64,000 nucleotides of DNA from Kofleriaceae bacterium (GTDB lineage: Bacteria > Myxococcota_A > Polyangia > Haliangiales > Haliangiaceae). Numbering within the stretch: the first letter of the stretch is position 1; each line of letters starts with the position of its first letter. Shown one piece after another: positions 8,907-18,171 of the stretch. The stretch is from contig JBBJLY010000001.1 in the NCBI GenBank assembly GCA_037720695.1, forward strand, positions 55,878-119,877, given 5' to 3'. The position numbers and the translations under genes are program-made. The notes beneath the pieces are model-generated. The model saw nothing but the letters and a program-made list of their open reading frames with translations. It had not been told where the DNA came from and searched no databases.

Positions 8907-10244
8907 ATGCAAACTCATCTGGTCGCGCGAGTCGTCGTGCTCGCGATCCTGTCCGCCTGCGTGGACCCGACCTTCGATGTCGTCGATGTTGAATCGACCA
9001 CGTCGTGGTCCGATCTCGATGGCGATGCCTACGGCGACGCCGACGACTGCAGCCCCGCCAGCCCCACCGTCCATCCAAACGCGACGGAGCTGTCGAACGG
9101 TATCGACGACAACTGCAACGGTTCGACCGACGAGCCCATGATGGTTTACAGCACGGCGCGGCCGGTCGAGGGCACATCCCCACAGCTCGCGCCGTTCATC
9201 CTGCGGATCACGAACGGCGTCACGCTGCAGTACCTCGATCAACTGAACCAGCGGACGATCAAGTACCAGCTCACGTACCAGGCGCTCTCCAACGCGTCGA
9301 GTCCGGCCCAGCTATCAGCCGTCGAGTCGCTATCGATTCCAGGGAACTGGCGCCGCAAGGTGTTGCCGTTCCTCGTGCTCGACCCGAATTCCGCGGGCCG
9401 CGTGCTGCTCGCGAAGACGGTGTACCGTGTGCGCATCCAGCTGTTCGATGCGGCCGGCTTGCCGCTCGGCGTGCGCTCGGACTGGTTCTACGGCGTGACC
9501 GCGGGAACCACCGCGAGCCCCAACAACGTGCTCGAGTGGGGCCGGGTCGACCTCGTGCTGCAAGCACTCGATCAGCTCGGTGACTCGCAGGATGGTCTTG
9601 TCGGTCTGGGCGGCTCGCTCGAGCCGAACGGCAGCCGCTATACCGGGTCGGCGCTGTCACCGTTGCATAGCAAGTACAACCCCGGCGACGACTCGGCTTG
9701 GTGCGATTGGTTCTATCACTACGTCGGAGTCCGGGTGACCGACCCGCTCGACGGCACCGCCGCGACCCCGGTCGTCGATGGCGGGTCCGCGTTCTGGCAC
9801 GAGATGAATCCGAACAACGTCAACAACTCGTTCCGCGACCCGATGAACGACGGTTGCGGCTCGTTCAAGCTCATCCCGGGCCGCGTGCCCGAGCCGATCA
9901 TGCAGGGCTGCCAGGACTACGACCCGGGCGAGATCAACCTCGACACCGCCGACAACGCGTTCTATTCAAACCATCCAAACGACATCTACTACGACGCGAT
10001 GCGGTCGCTGCCTCGCAACCAGGGGCTCGGCAACTTCCAGGCGATGGACCTCCACGTCGGCATGTTCCTCGCGTTCGACCCGGCCGGCGACGGCAGCAAC
10101 ACCGGCACGGGGACCTCCGGCACGGTGTGGAGCATCGAAGGCAATGCGGACAACCATCACGTCGCGATCATGCACCGCGCCGGCGACGATCCCGACATCA
10201 ATGGCTTCGGCAAGCTCGACGAGACGATGTTCGAGCTGCGGTGA
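8907..10244 (+). CDS. secreted lipoprotein with a MopE-type Cys-rich metal-binding motif and a possible CHAP/NlpC-P60-like C-terminal domain
   Basis: Lipobox 'LAILSAC'. 'DGDAYGDADDCSPASPTVHPNATELSNGIDDNCNG' matches the myxobacterial putative metal-binding motif. The C-terminal 'AWCDWFYHYVG', 'DLHVGMFLAF' and 'SIEGNADNHHV' resemble a Cys-His-Asn papain-like triad (weak). Confidence 0.55.
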   Translation: MQTHLVARVVVLAILSACVDPTFDVVDVESTTSWSDLDGDAYGDADDCSPASPTVHPNATELSNGIDDNCNGSTDEPMMVYSTARPVEGTSPQLAPFILRITNGVTLQYLDQLNQRTIKYQLTYQALSNASSPAQLSAVESLSIPGNWRRKVLPFLVLDPNSAGRVLLAKTVYRVRIQLFDAAGLPLGVRSDWFYGVTAGTTASPNNVLEWGRVDLVLQALDQLGDSQDGLVGLGGSLEPNGSRYTGSALSPLHSKYNPGDDSAWCDWFYHYVGVRVTDPLDGTAATPVVDGGSAFWHEMNPNNVNNSFRDPMNDGCGSFKLIPGRVPEPIMQGCQDYDPGEINLDTADNAFYSNHPNDIYYDAMRSLPRNQGLGNFQAMDLHVGMFLAFDPAGDGSNTGTGTSGTVWSIEGNADNHHVAIMHRAGDDPDINGFGKLDETMFELR

Positions 10245-10301
10245 GGTTCACCACGCGAGCGAACACCATCACGGCGAGCGCACGGTTCACTGCTTCGCAG
10301 G

Positions 10302-10940
10302 CTATCGCAAACGGCGGCCGTGCGAAGGTCGCCCGTCGCGGGCAGCGGCGATCGCGTCGAGGATCGGCGTGACGACGTCGAGATCGAGTCGCGCCTGGTG
10401 GACCGCGACGAACGCCTGCATCGTCTGGTCGAGCGCGGCGAGGCTCGCCTCGACCGCATCGAGCTGGCGGCGCTGGTGGAGCTCTCGCCGCAGGATGTCG
10501 CACAGGTAGTGGACGCAGCGGCCCGGGCGATGCGTCACCTCGAGCGTGCAGCCCGTCGGACCGCGAAACGCGCAGCCCGCGTGGTCGTCGGCGCCCGCGG
10601 GTGGCACGAGGTGCCGGGGCCGGGTACCGGCGTGCGCGAGCGCAGCGAGCTCGTTGTCGTCGAACAGGTCCGCCGTGACGCCGGCGCAACAGTCTCCGCC
10701 ATCGTAGCCACCGCGTGGCCACGGCTGGCCGGTCGCGCACGTGCGGCACGACGAAACCGCCGTTAGCTCCGCCGCAACCGCGAGCTTGCGCGCGAGCACC
10801 GTGCGCGCGAGCTCGCGTTCCTCGTCGGCGACCTCGCGTGCGAGCTCGTCCCGCAGCCGCCGCCGGAGCGCGATCAACTCGCCGGCCCGCGATCGCGGCT
10901 GGCGGATCTTGATCAACAGGCGCTCGACGGCGATCAGCAC
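10302..10940 (-). CDS. YkgJ-like (CxxCxxCC) zinc/iron-chelating domain protein
   Basis: 'CRTCATG...DCCAG' and 'GCAFRGPTGCTLEVTHRPGRCVHYLC' resemble the UPF0153/YkgJ Cys pattern. 212 aa, GTG start. Confidence 0.5.
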   Translation of the reverse strand: MLIAVERLLIKIRQPRSRAGELIALRRRLRDELAREVADEERELARTVLARKLAVAAELTAVSSCRTCATGQPWPRGGYDGGDCCAGVTADLFDDNELAALAHAGTRPRHLVPPAGADDHAGCAFRGPTGCTLEVTHRPGRCVHYLCDILRRELHQRRQLDAVEASLAALDQTMQAFVAVHQARLDLDVVTPILDAIAAARDGRPSHGRRLR

Positions 10941-10979
10941 GCCGCCACCGTAGCACTAGGCGCCGGGCGCCGACGCCCG

Positions 10980-11600
10980 CTACTTCGCCAGACCCTGCTC
11001 CTCCATCACCGCGGCGTTGCGCGCATCGGCGCGTTGCAGCGCGGGCCGCTGACCGAGCCGCTCGTCGTACGCGAGGAACGACGGCCGGGTATCGATCATC
11101 TTGAACTTCAGCATGAAGCGGAGCGTGCCGCCGAGGATGACGTCGGCCATCGAGAACGTGTCTCCGAGGACGAAGTCGCGTCCCTTGAGGGCGGTCTCGA
11201 TCGCTTGCACCATCACGTCGTACTCGCCCCACCCGACCTGCCCCGGCTTGCACTCCCACTTGCTGGAGTTGGCGATCGAGCCCGGCTCGATCACCGACGG
11301 CGCGAACAGCGACCACCGCAGGTACGTCCCGCGCTTCGGGTCGTCAAACGCCGGGGCGAGCTTGCCGATCGAGTAGCGATCCGCGAGGTAGAGACAGATC
11401 GCCGCCGCCTCGGTCACCACGGCCTCGCCGTCGGTGAGGATCGGCAACTTGCCCATCGGGTTGATCGCCAGGATGTCGGTCGCCTTCTGGTCGCCCTTCA
11501 TCAGGTTGACGAACTTCAGCTCGTACGGCTGACCGATCTCCTCGAGGGCCCAGATCGTGCCAGCGGCACGCGAGAACGGGTGGTGATAGAGCGTGATCAT
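10980..11600 (-). CDS. glutathione S-transferase
   Basis: The last 206 aa of track ORF 10980..12659 begin 'MITLYHHPFSRAAGTIWALEE'. 'INPMGKLPIL' and 'SMADV' are GST N/C-domain motifs. The upstream part of that ORF is a shadow of the phosphoesterase gene. Confidence 0.85.
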   Translation of the reverse strand: MITLYHHPFSRAAGTIWALEEIGQPYELKFVNLMKGDQKATDILAINPMGKLPILTDGEAVVTEAAAICLYLADRYSIGKLAPAFDDPKRGTYLRWSLFAPSVIEPGSIANSSKWECKPGQVGWGEYDVMVQAIETALKGRDFVLGDTFSMADVILGGTLRFMLKFKMIDTRPSFLAYDERLGQRPALQRADARNAAVMEEQGLAK

Positions 11601-11653
11601 CCGCGGAGCATAGCCACGGACCCACACGGGCGCAGGCGTTGCCGCGCGCGATC

Positions 11654-12724
11654 TCAGGCGGATCCGACCAACGTGATCGCGGCGATCTCGCACCTCGTGC
11701 CGACGCGGAGCGGCGGGCCCCAATAACCGGTGCCTTCGCTGACGTACAGCCACGTGCGGCCGAACCGCGCGAGGCCCGCGACCTTCGGATCGAACAGTCG
11801 CGCGAGCCAGCCCAGCGGGAGCATCTGACCTCCGTGCGTGTGGCCGGAGAGCTGGAGATCGACGCCGGCCTTGCTCGCGCGGGTGATCGTGCGCGGATGG
11901 TGTGCGAGCAGCACGAGCGGGAGCCCGGGGTCGCGACCGGCGACCGCGCGCGGGACGTCCTCGGCGGCGCTGGAATCGTCGACGCCGGCGAGCTCGAACG
12001 CGCCGGCGATCGTGACATGCTCGTTGCGCAGGATCCGGATCCCGAGCGAGCGCAGGTGCTCGAGCCACGGCTCCGGGTTCCAGTAGTACTCGTGATTGCC
12101 CGTGACCGCGTAGACGCCGTCGCGGGCACGCAGCTCCCGGAGCGGCTCGATGTGGTGCTGGAGCTCGGACAGCTTGCCGTCGACGAGGTCGCCGGTGATC
12201 ACGACCAGGTCGGGCGATAGCGCATTGACGCGACGGACCAGCAGCTCGGCGAACTCGCGGCCGATCATCGGGCCGATGTGGACGTCCGTCAGGTGCACGA
12301 CCGTGTACGAGGGGACGCCCAGCCGCTCGAGCGGGATCCGCACCCGGCGAACGAGCGGGCCGCGTGCCACCTGCAGCAGGCCGCCGATCACGACCGCGAT
12401 CGAGACCAGTCCCGCGACGATCGCCGCCAGCCGGGCGGGCGCCCCGAAGGCAGTCGCGAGGTGGCTCGCGGCCGCACCGAGCAGGAAGTAGGTCGCGAAG
12501 CCGAACCACAGGTAGCCGACCAGCAACCACGGGCGCGCCGCCTCGCGAGATAGCTTCCGCCCGATCAGCACGGTCATCGGAAACGAGGGGCCGAGGATCA
12601 CGATCAGCGCGGTCCCGACCTGCCACCACGGCGACGGCAGCGGCCACGCGAGCCGCCACCAGATGTACACGTGCACCGCGGCGAGGATCGCCAGCACGGT
12701 CAGCAGACGGCGTCGCACCGTCAC
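11654..12724 (-). CDS. membrane-anchored metallophosphoesterase (YkuE/calcineurin-like)
   Basis: N-terminal TM helices, then 'HLTDVHIG', 'ITGDLVDG', 'GNHEYY' and 'GHTHGG' motifs. GTG at 12724 lies 4 nt after the helicase stop, so I prefer it over ATG 12778. Confidence 0.8.
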   Translation of the reverse strand: MTVRRRLLTVLAILAAVHVYIWWRLAWPLPSPWWQVGTALIVILGPSFPMTVLIGRKLSREAARPWLLVGYLWFGFATYFLLGAAASHLATAFGAPARLAAIVAGLVSIAVVIGGLLQVARGPLVRRVRIPLERLGVPSYTVVHLTDVHIGPMIGREFAELLVRRVNALSPDLVVITGDLVDGKLSELQHHIEPLRELRARDGVYAVTGNHEYYWNPEPWLEHLRSLGIRILRNEHVTIAGAFELAGVDDSSAAEDVPRAVAGRDPGLPLVLLAHHPRTITRASKAGVDLQLSGHTHGGQMLPLGWLARLFDPKVAGLARFGRTWLYVSEGTGYWGPPLRVGTRCEIAAITLVGSA

Positions 12725-12728
12725 GTGC

Positions 12729-14693
12729 TTAGCATCCAGCCGTACCGGCCGCACGCAGCAGCGTGGCGACCAGCCCATCCGGTGAGGCTGCCGCGAAGTA
12801 CGCGACGTCGGCGACGATCACCAGCTTCCCGCGTGCGCGCGAGATGCTCACATTGACGAGGTTCGGTGCCTCGGTCACCAGCGCGCTCGGTCGCATCGGC
12901 GCGGCATCGACCAGGTCGAGGATGATCGCGTCGCACTCGCGGCCTTGAAACCGATGGATGGTGTTGCACTCGACCGCCTCGGCGATCCCGCGCGCTGCGA
13001 GCAAGCGCCGGATCTCGCCCGCCTGCGCGGCATACGGAGTGATCACGCCGATCGAGGTGATGCCGGCGCGCACGCACTCGAGTGCGAGCCCGGCCGTGAT
13101 CTCGGCCGAGGCGCGGTTGATCCGCGAGCTACCCTTCGCGGACCGCTCGCAGGTCGTCCGGCCCTCGGTGTCGACCACCGTGATCGGCGCGCCGGCGAAG
13201 GGAGCCCGCGCGGCGATCGCTTCGGTCGCGACTCGATCCGCGCCGTGGCTCAGCCTGCCGCCGTAGAACAGGCCGCCGACCAGCGCGCCGATCGCGGGAT
13301 GCATGCGGTACTGCACCTCGAGCATGGCGACCACCTCCGACCGTGCCGGATCCGGGATCGCGACCTCGAACACGTTGCGGCCGATCGTGCGGCGCACCAG
13401 CTCGTCGTTCGATTGTACGATCGGCGGCAGCTGGCGAGGATCACCGACCACGATCGCGCGTCGCGTGCACAGGCACGCTGCGTAGAACAGCGCGGGTAAC
13501 GTCGCCATGCCAGCCTCCTCGGCGATCAGCACGTCGAACCGTTGCCCGGCCATCACCGCTGCGAGGTGGGCGTTGGTCAGCGTGCACATCACGACCCGTG
13601 CGCCGCCGACGATCCGTGCCTCGAGGTCGCGATCCGCGGCGGTGTGCGCGGCGACCCGCGCCTTCGCGAGCACCTGGACGCGTGCGAGGCGCTCCAGGCG
13701 GAGCTCGATCGCACGCAGCTGACCCGCCGCCGGCAGGTCGGCGATGACCTCGGCGAGACCTGCCGCGAACAGGCGCGAGAGCGCCGCGACGCGCAGGCGC
13801 GGTGCGGGCGCCGTGAACAGCGACTGCTGCGCGTCGACCGCCGGTGCGAGCTCCGCCGCGAGCGCCTGACCGAATCGGATCAGCTGCACGACGTCGCCGA
13901 TCCGTGCCCGCAGGCGATCGACCGTGGTGCGATGCGCGCCGTGCATTCGATCGACGACATCGCCGAGCTCGGCGCCAAACGTGTCCGCGCTGCTGCGCCC
14001 GAGCCGGACCAAGGACCCCGCTTCGACCGCGGGAGCGAACCACGGCCGGTTCGAGAGCTTGGCCAGGATCTGATCGATCGCCGCGTTCGTCGTCGACGCG
14101 AGCAAGATCCGCTGATCCTGCGCGAGCAGCTCCTCGACGACATGCGTCAGGGTGACCGTCTTTCCGGTGCCGGGTGGACCCCAGATGAACGCGAGGTCGC
14201 TGTCGCTGCACAGCTGGACCGCCGTCCGCTGGCTGGCATCGAGCGCACCGTGGTCGCAGCGCAGCACGGTTGGTGTGCGCGTATGGGGTTGCTTGCCGAA
14301 CAGTCGCAGAGCGACGGCCACTGCATGACGATCGACGTCGAGCTCGTCGAGCGCCTGCAGCAGCCGGTCGTAGAGAAACCACGGCGCGACGACCAGCACG
14401 ATCGGTGCGGAGTCGATGTCGATCGCCTGGGTCGCCGTCAGGGTCAGCCGCGCATCCTCGCAGCGCTCGACGACGATCCGCTGCTCGCCGCGCGGCGATC
14501 GCAGCGAGCACACGGTGCCGGGCGCGAGCCGGTCACCCGACGTCGCGAGCTCGAAGCCGTAGCGCAGCGCTCCCGTCTGCTCGCCGCGCGCCAGCGGGAT
14601 CTCGAACGCCGCGGCGGAATCGTGCATCGCCGCGAGCTCGCCCTCGATGCCGCGCTTGAACGCCGCCACGAATCGCGCGAGCAGGTCCCTCAT
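12729..14693 (-). CDS. Superfamily-1 Upf1/DNA2-like helicase (AAA_11/AAA_12)
   Basis: Walker A 'GPPGTGKT'. 'VLIAEEAGM', 'VGDPRQLPP', 'YRMHP', 'VITPYAAQ', 'HRFQGRECD' and 'NVSISRARGKLVIV' are present. Intact 654 aa. Confidence 0.85.
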   Translation of the reverse strand: MRDLLARFVAAFKRGIEGELAAMHDSAAAFEIPLARGEQTGALRYGFELATSGDRLAPGTVCSLRSPRGEQRIVVERCEDARLTLTATQAIDIDSAPIVLVVAPWFLYDRLLQALDELDVDRHAVAVALRLFGKQPHTRTPTVLRCDHGALDASQRTAVQLCSDSDLAFIWGPPGTGKTVTLTHVVEELLAQDQRILLASTTNAAIDQILAKLSNRPWFAPAVEAGSLVRLGRSSADTFGAELGDVVDRMHGAHRTTVDRLRARIGDVVQLIRFGQALAAELAPAVDAQQSLFTAPAPRLRVAALSRLFAAGLAEVIADLPAAGQLRAIELRLERLARVQVLAKARVAAHTAADRDLEARIVGGARVVMCTLTNAHLAAVMAGQRFDVLIAEEAGMATLPALFYAACLCTRRAIVVGDPRQLPPIVQSNDELVRRTIGRNVFEVAIPDPARSEVVAMLEVQYRMHPAIGALVGGLFYGGRLSHGADRVATEAIAARAPFAGAPITVVDTEGRTTCERSAKGSSRINRASAEITAGLALECVRAGITSIGVITPYAAQAGEIRRLLAARGIAEAVECNTIHRFQGRECDAIILDLVDAAPMRPSALVTEAPNLVNVSISRARGKLVIVADVAYFAAASPDGLVATLLRAAGTAGC

Positions 14694-14947
14694 GGCCGCG
14701 CCACTGTGCGCGATCGGTCACGATCTGAACAGCCGGAGATCTGCTGCTCGCGGCACGGACCTCGGCAGGGGATTGGTCCTGGTCGCCGTCGGCGCGTTCG
14801 GACCCGGCGCTTCCCGCGCCGCAGGATTTGGTCTACAAATGCCCGCAAGCGCGCATGGTGCAAGTGCCGGCTGTGTCACGGCGCACGACAAAGATCGGGC
14901 GTGAAGCACTCGGCCGATTTCGCGAGAAGCGTGGTATCTAGGGGGCG

Positions 14948-15787
14948 ATGGGCGCGCTCGATGGCACTGCACTCCTCCTCGTGGACGATGACGAGGACAG
15001 CGTGTTCCTGCTCGCGATCGGGCTGCGCCGCCACGGCGCGCAGGTCGAGACCGCGCTGACCTTCGAGGACGCGCTCGAGTCGCTGACCACCCGTACGCCA
15101 GACGTCCTGGTGTCCGATCTCCAGCTCGGCCCTCGCGACGGCAACGAGCTGATCCGGCTCGCGCGGAACCGGCCCGGCCTCGAGCGGTTGCCCGCGATCG
15201 CCCTCACCGGTCATGGCCGGCAGTCGCACCGCGACGAGGCGTTCGGTGCGGGGTACGCGAAGCTCCTGCTCAAGCCGGCCTCGATCAACGACCTCGTTTC
15301 TGCCGTGCTGGCGCTCGTGCAAGCGCCGAAGCCGGTGCCCGAGACGCCGTCGGATGTCCGCGACCTGCTCGCGCAGCTGAGCGAGGCCTCGCCGTGTCGC
15401 TTCACCTCGCTGCTCCGGTTCGCAAACGACGACACGCTGGCGAGTGTGTGGACCTTCGATCGCGAGAACCCGCAGGTCGACCCGTTTCCTCTCGGGCTGC
15501 CGATCACCGCGTCCTACTGCACGCTCGTGCGCGCGGCGCGCGAGTCGTACACGATCGAGAACGCCGCGACGGATCCGAGAACCACCGCGCATCCCAAGCG
15601 CGACGAGCTCGCGTCGTATGTCGGTGTCCCGGTCTGGGCCTCCGATGGCTCGATGTTCGGCACCCTGTGCACCTTCGATGCGCAGCCGCTGAGGCTCGAC
15701 GAGTCGGTGCGCGACGCGTTCGAACGCGCGTCCCGCACGATCGAGTCCCTGCTGATCACGCTGGCCGACGCGCCGGTCGCGGCCTGA
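14948..15787 (+). CDS. response regulator receiver domain fused to a GAF domain
   Basis: 'LLLVDDDEDS', 'DVLVSDLQL' and 'LLLKP' form a CheY-like receiver. The C-terminal 'SYVGVPVWASDGSMFGTLCTFD' is GAF-like. Confidence 0.8.
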   Translation: MGALDGTALLLVDDDEDSVFLLAIGLRRHGAQVETALTFEDALESLTTRTPDVLVSDLQLGPRDGNELIRLARNRPGLERLPAIALTGHGRQSHRDEAFGAGYAKLLLKPASINDLVSAVLALVQAPKPVPETPSDVRDLLAQLSEASPCRFTSLLRFANDDTLASVWTFDRENPQVDPFPLGLPITASYCTLVRAARESYTIENAATDPRTTAHPKRDELASYVGVPVWASDGSMFGTLCTFDAQPLRLDESVRDAFERASRTIESLLITLADAPVAA

Positions 15788-15858
15788 CCGCACATCGCCA
15801 TCGTCCGCAACGTTTCTTCATCCACCGGGGCAGACGGTAGAAGCTACGGTCGACCGCG

Positions 15859-16642
15859 ATGCTGACGACGGCCACGCTTCACGTCCACGCCTGGCTGCGC
15901 TGGCTGTTGCTCGTGCTCGCACTCGTGGTGCTCGTGCGTGCGGTGCACGGCTGGCGACGTGGGCGGAGCTGGGCGCCGCTCGACGACCGCCTGGCACGCG
16001 TGTTCATCGGGCTCGCCGATCTGCAGATGCTCGCCGGGCTGGTCATGATGCTATGGACCTCGCCGCTGGTCGCGGCCGCCTGGCAGGCCGGGCTGTCGGC
16101 GATGCTCGAGCAACCCGCCCTGCTCGTGTTCGGGCTCGTCCATCCGCTCGGGATGTTCGTCGCGATCGCGGTGATCCACGCCGCGCACGGCCGCGCGGAG
16201 CGGATCGCCGACGTTCGGATCCGCCACCGCACGATCGCGATCGGGGTCGGCGCCTGGTTCGTGATCGTGCTCGCGCTGATCCCGTGGCCATTCGTACCGT
16301 GGGGCCGTCCGCTCGCGCGGATCGGGCTGCCCGGCGCCGGCGCGCCGGCGTCGCCCCGCGCCCCTCGCTCCGCCGCCGACCTTCCTCGCGCGCTGCGCGT
16401 CCTGTCACGGCAGCGGCGGCGGTGGCGATGGCCCCGCGAGTGCCGGGCTCGTCCCGCGCCCGCGCGCGTTCGCCGATCCGGTGTGGCAGCGCGCCACCTC
16501 GGACACGCGGATGCGTTCAGCGATCACCTTCGGCGGTGCGTCGATCGGCCTCGGTGCTGCGATGCCCGCACATGGTGATCTGTCTCGCGCCGAGCTCGAT
16601 GCGCTCGTCGTGTTCATCCGTTCGCTCGGCGAGGCTCCATGA
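15859..16642 (+). pseudogene. membrane protein with a C-terminal c-type cytochrome domain, one frameshift
   Basis: Four or five TM helices lie in the frame of ORF 15859. The haem motif CASCH (16394-16408) and '...AMPAHGDLSRAELDALVVFIRSLGEAP*' lie in another frame that has no start codon upstream of the motif. Junction at about 16320-16375. Confidence 0.55.
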
Positions 16643-16809
16643 CGCTACTACCCACCGCACGCGTTTTGGCTCGAGCGCGAGATCCGGCGCGGCAGGTTTC
16701 CGCGCTGGCACCCTGCTGGCGGGCTGCCACGGGGTCAGAGCGGTCAGCCAACCAACGCGATCTCCCCGTCCCCTCATGTCCTGCCCGCGGATGCGACGCT
16801 TCGTTCGCT

Positions 16810-17235
16810 TCACCGCTTCGCTCGCTTCACCGGCTTCGAGGCCCGCTTCACCGGCTTCGGTCGGTTCGCCGGCTTTGCCCGCTTCGGCTTCGCCGGCTTG
16901 CGCGGCAGCTTCGCGGCGAGCACGAAGGCGAGCGCGATCCAGCGCCGGAGCTCGTCCGGGTCGTCCATCAGGTCGGCCGGCAACATCACCTTCTGGCTCT
17001 TGCGACCGTCGCCCATCGGCTCGAAGTACGCGGCACCGTCGAGCGCGAGGGCCTCGGACCGCTGGGGCTCCGGCAACGCGAGCATCACCGACCGGCCGAA
17101 CAGGCCGGCGAAGACGTGGCCATTGACCTTCGCGGCGACGCCGCCGAACAGCGGCATCGTGGTGACCCTGCGGTCGGCAGGCAACGCCGCGCGAAACAGC
17201 GGGTGGTGCTCGGGCGGAACCTTGATCCAGGGCAT
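16810..17235 (-). CDS. TfoX/Sxy N-terminal-domain family protein with a Lys/Pro-rich tail
   Basis: 'MPLFGGVAAKVNGHVFAGLF...' is a TfoX_N-like pattern. The C-terminal tail is 'KPAKPKRAKPANRPKPVKRASKPVKRAKR'. Confidence 0.65.
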   Translation of the reverse strand: MPWIKVPPEHHPLFRAALPADRRVTTMPLFGGVAAKVNGHVFAGLFGRSVMLALPEPQRSEALALDGAAYFEPMGDGRKSQKVMLPADLMDDPDELRRWIALAFVLAAKLPRKPAKPKRAKPANRPKPVKRASKPVKRAKR

Positions 17236-17257
17236 GGCCCGCGGGATCGTACCCTCC

Positions 17258-18136
17258 CTACACCTTCACGGAGCGCCCGGACCGCGCGGCATCGCCGCGA
17301 TCGAGGAAGGCGCCGGTCGCTCGCGGCCGCTCGGTGCGGCACCACTCGCTCCAGCTCCCGACGTAGAGCGCGGCACCCGGCAGTCCCGCGTGCTCGAGCG
17401 CGAGCAGTGTGTGGCACGCCGTGACGCCGCTGCCACAGTGCACGATCACCTGCGATGGCGGCGTGTCGCCGAGCGCACGGTCGTAGATCTCACGCAGCTC
17501 CTCGACTGACTTGAACCTGTCATCCGGCCCGAGGTTCGCGACGTACGGGATGTTAATCGCACCCGGGATGTGGCCCGCGACCGGATCGAATGGCTCGGTG
17601 TCGCCGCGAAACCGCTCGCCGCTGCGGACGTCGATCACCTTCCAGGCGCGCGACGCACGGCGGATCTCCACCGCATCTGCATCGAGTGTCGGCAACACCC
17701 GCCGTGGTTGGGATACGGCGGCGCCGCGGTCCTGCTGGCGTACTGGTGTGACCGTCGAGCTCGGGCACCGCGGCCAGTCCACCGTCGACTACGCGCACGC
17801 GCGGGTGACCGATCGCGCGCAGCATCCACCACAGCCGCGCCGCAGCGTTGGCGCCGGCGGCGGCATCGTAGATCACGACGTCGCTCGTCTCCGTGATCCC
17901 GAGCGACCCGAGCCAGTGCGTGAACGCGTCCGCGCTCGGCAGCGGATGGCGCCCGCCCTGGGCCGGATCGTGGCCGGGCGCGTGCGCGGTGCTCAGATCG
18001 CGCTCGAGGTCGGCGTGCAGCGCGCCGCGAAGGTGACCCGCATCGAGGCCGCCGCCGGCGGGCGTCGAGCAGCGTCAGCCCCGCGAGACCGGCGCGCAGC
18101 TCGTCGGGCGAGATCAGGGGCGAGATCCGAGGCCAT
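17258..18136 (-). pseudogene. sseA: 3-mercaptopyruvate/thiosulfate sulfurtransferase (tandem rhodanese), about three frameshifts
   Basis: The C-terminal domain has 'VIDVRSGERFRG..GHIPGAINIP' and active site 'HCGSGVTACH..GSWSEW'. The N-terminal domain 'GHLRGALHADLE..GRHPLP..VVIYDAAAGANAAARLWWMLRAIGHPRVRVVDGG' is in a second frame, and 'LISPDELRAGLAGLTLLDAR' is in a third. The ATG at 18136 is in the same frame as the stop. Confidence 0.7.
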
Positions 18137-18171
18137 GGCGCAGGATACGCCACGCTCGTTATAATGGCCGG

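Noticed and set aside
10980-12659. Long track ORFs whose 5' parts extend over neighbouring genes: 10980..12659, 24230..25636, 28746..30641, 30914..32968, 36922..38586, 49606..51255 and 57053..59032.
   Set aside because: In each case only the 3' portion has a signal peptide or family motifs and good GC3 usage. The 5' extension overlaps a better-supported gene or a promoter. I trimmed each to an internal start.
14700-14760. 'CTGTTCAGA' upstream of the helicase gene as a second LexA box.
   Set aside because: Only the right half-site matches. The left half has about 5 of 10 matches, which is not distinguishable from chance.
16686-16704. GCGCGG-N7-CCGCGC hairpin between the convergent cytochrome c and TfoX genes as an intrinsic terminator.
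   Set aside because: No U-tract follows on either strand, and such GC stems are frequent by chance at this GC content.
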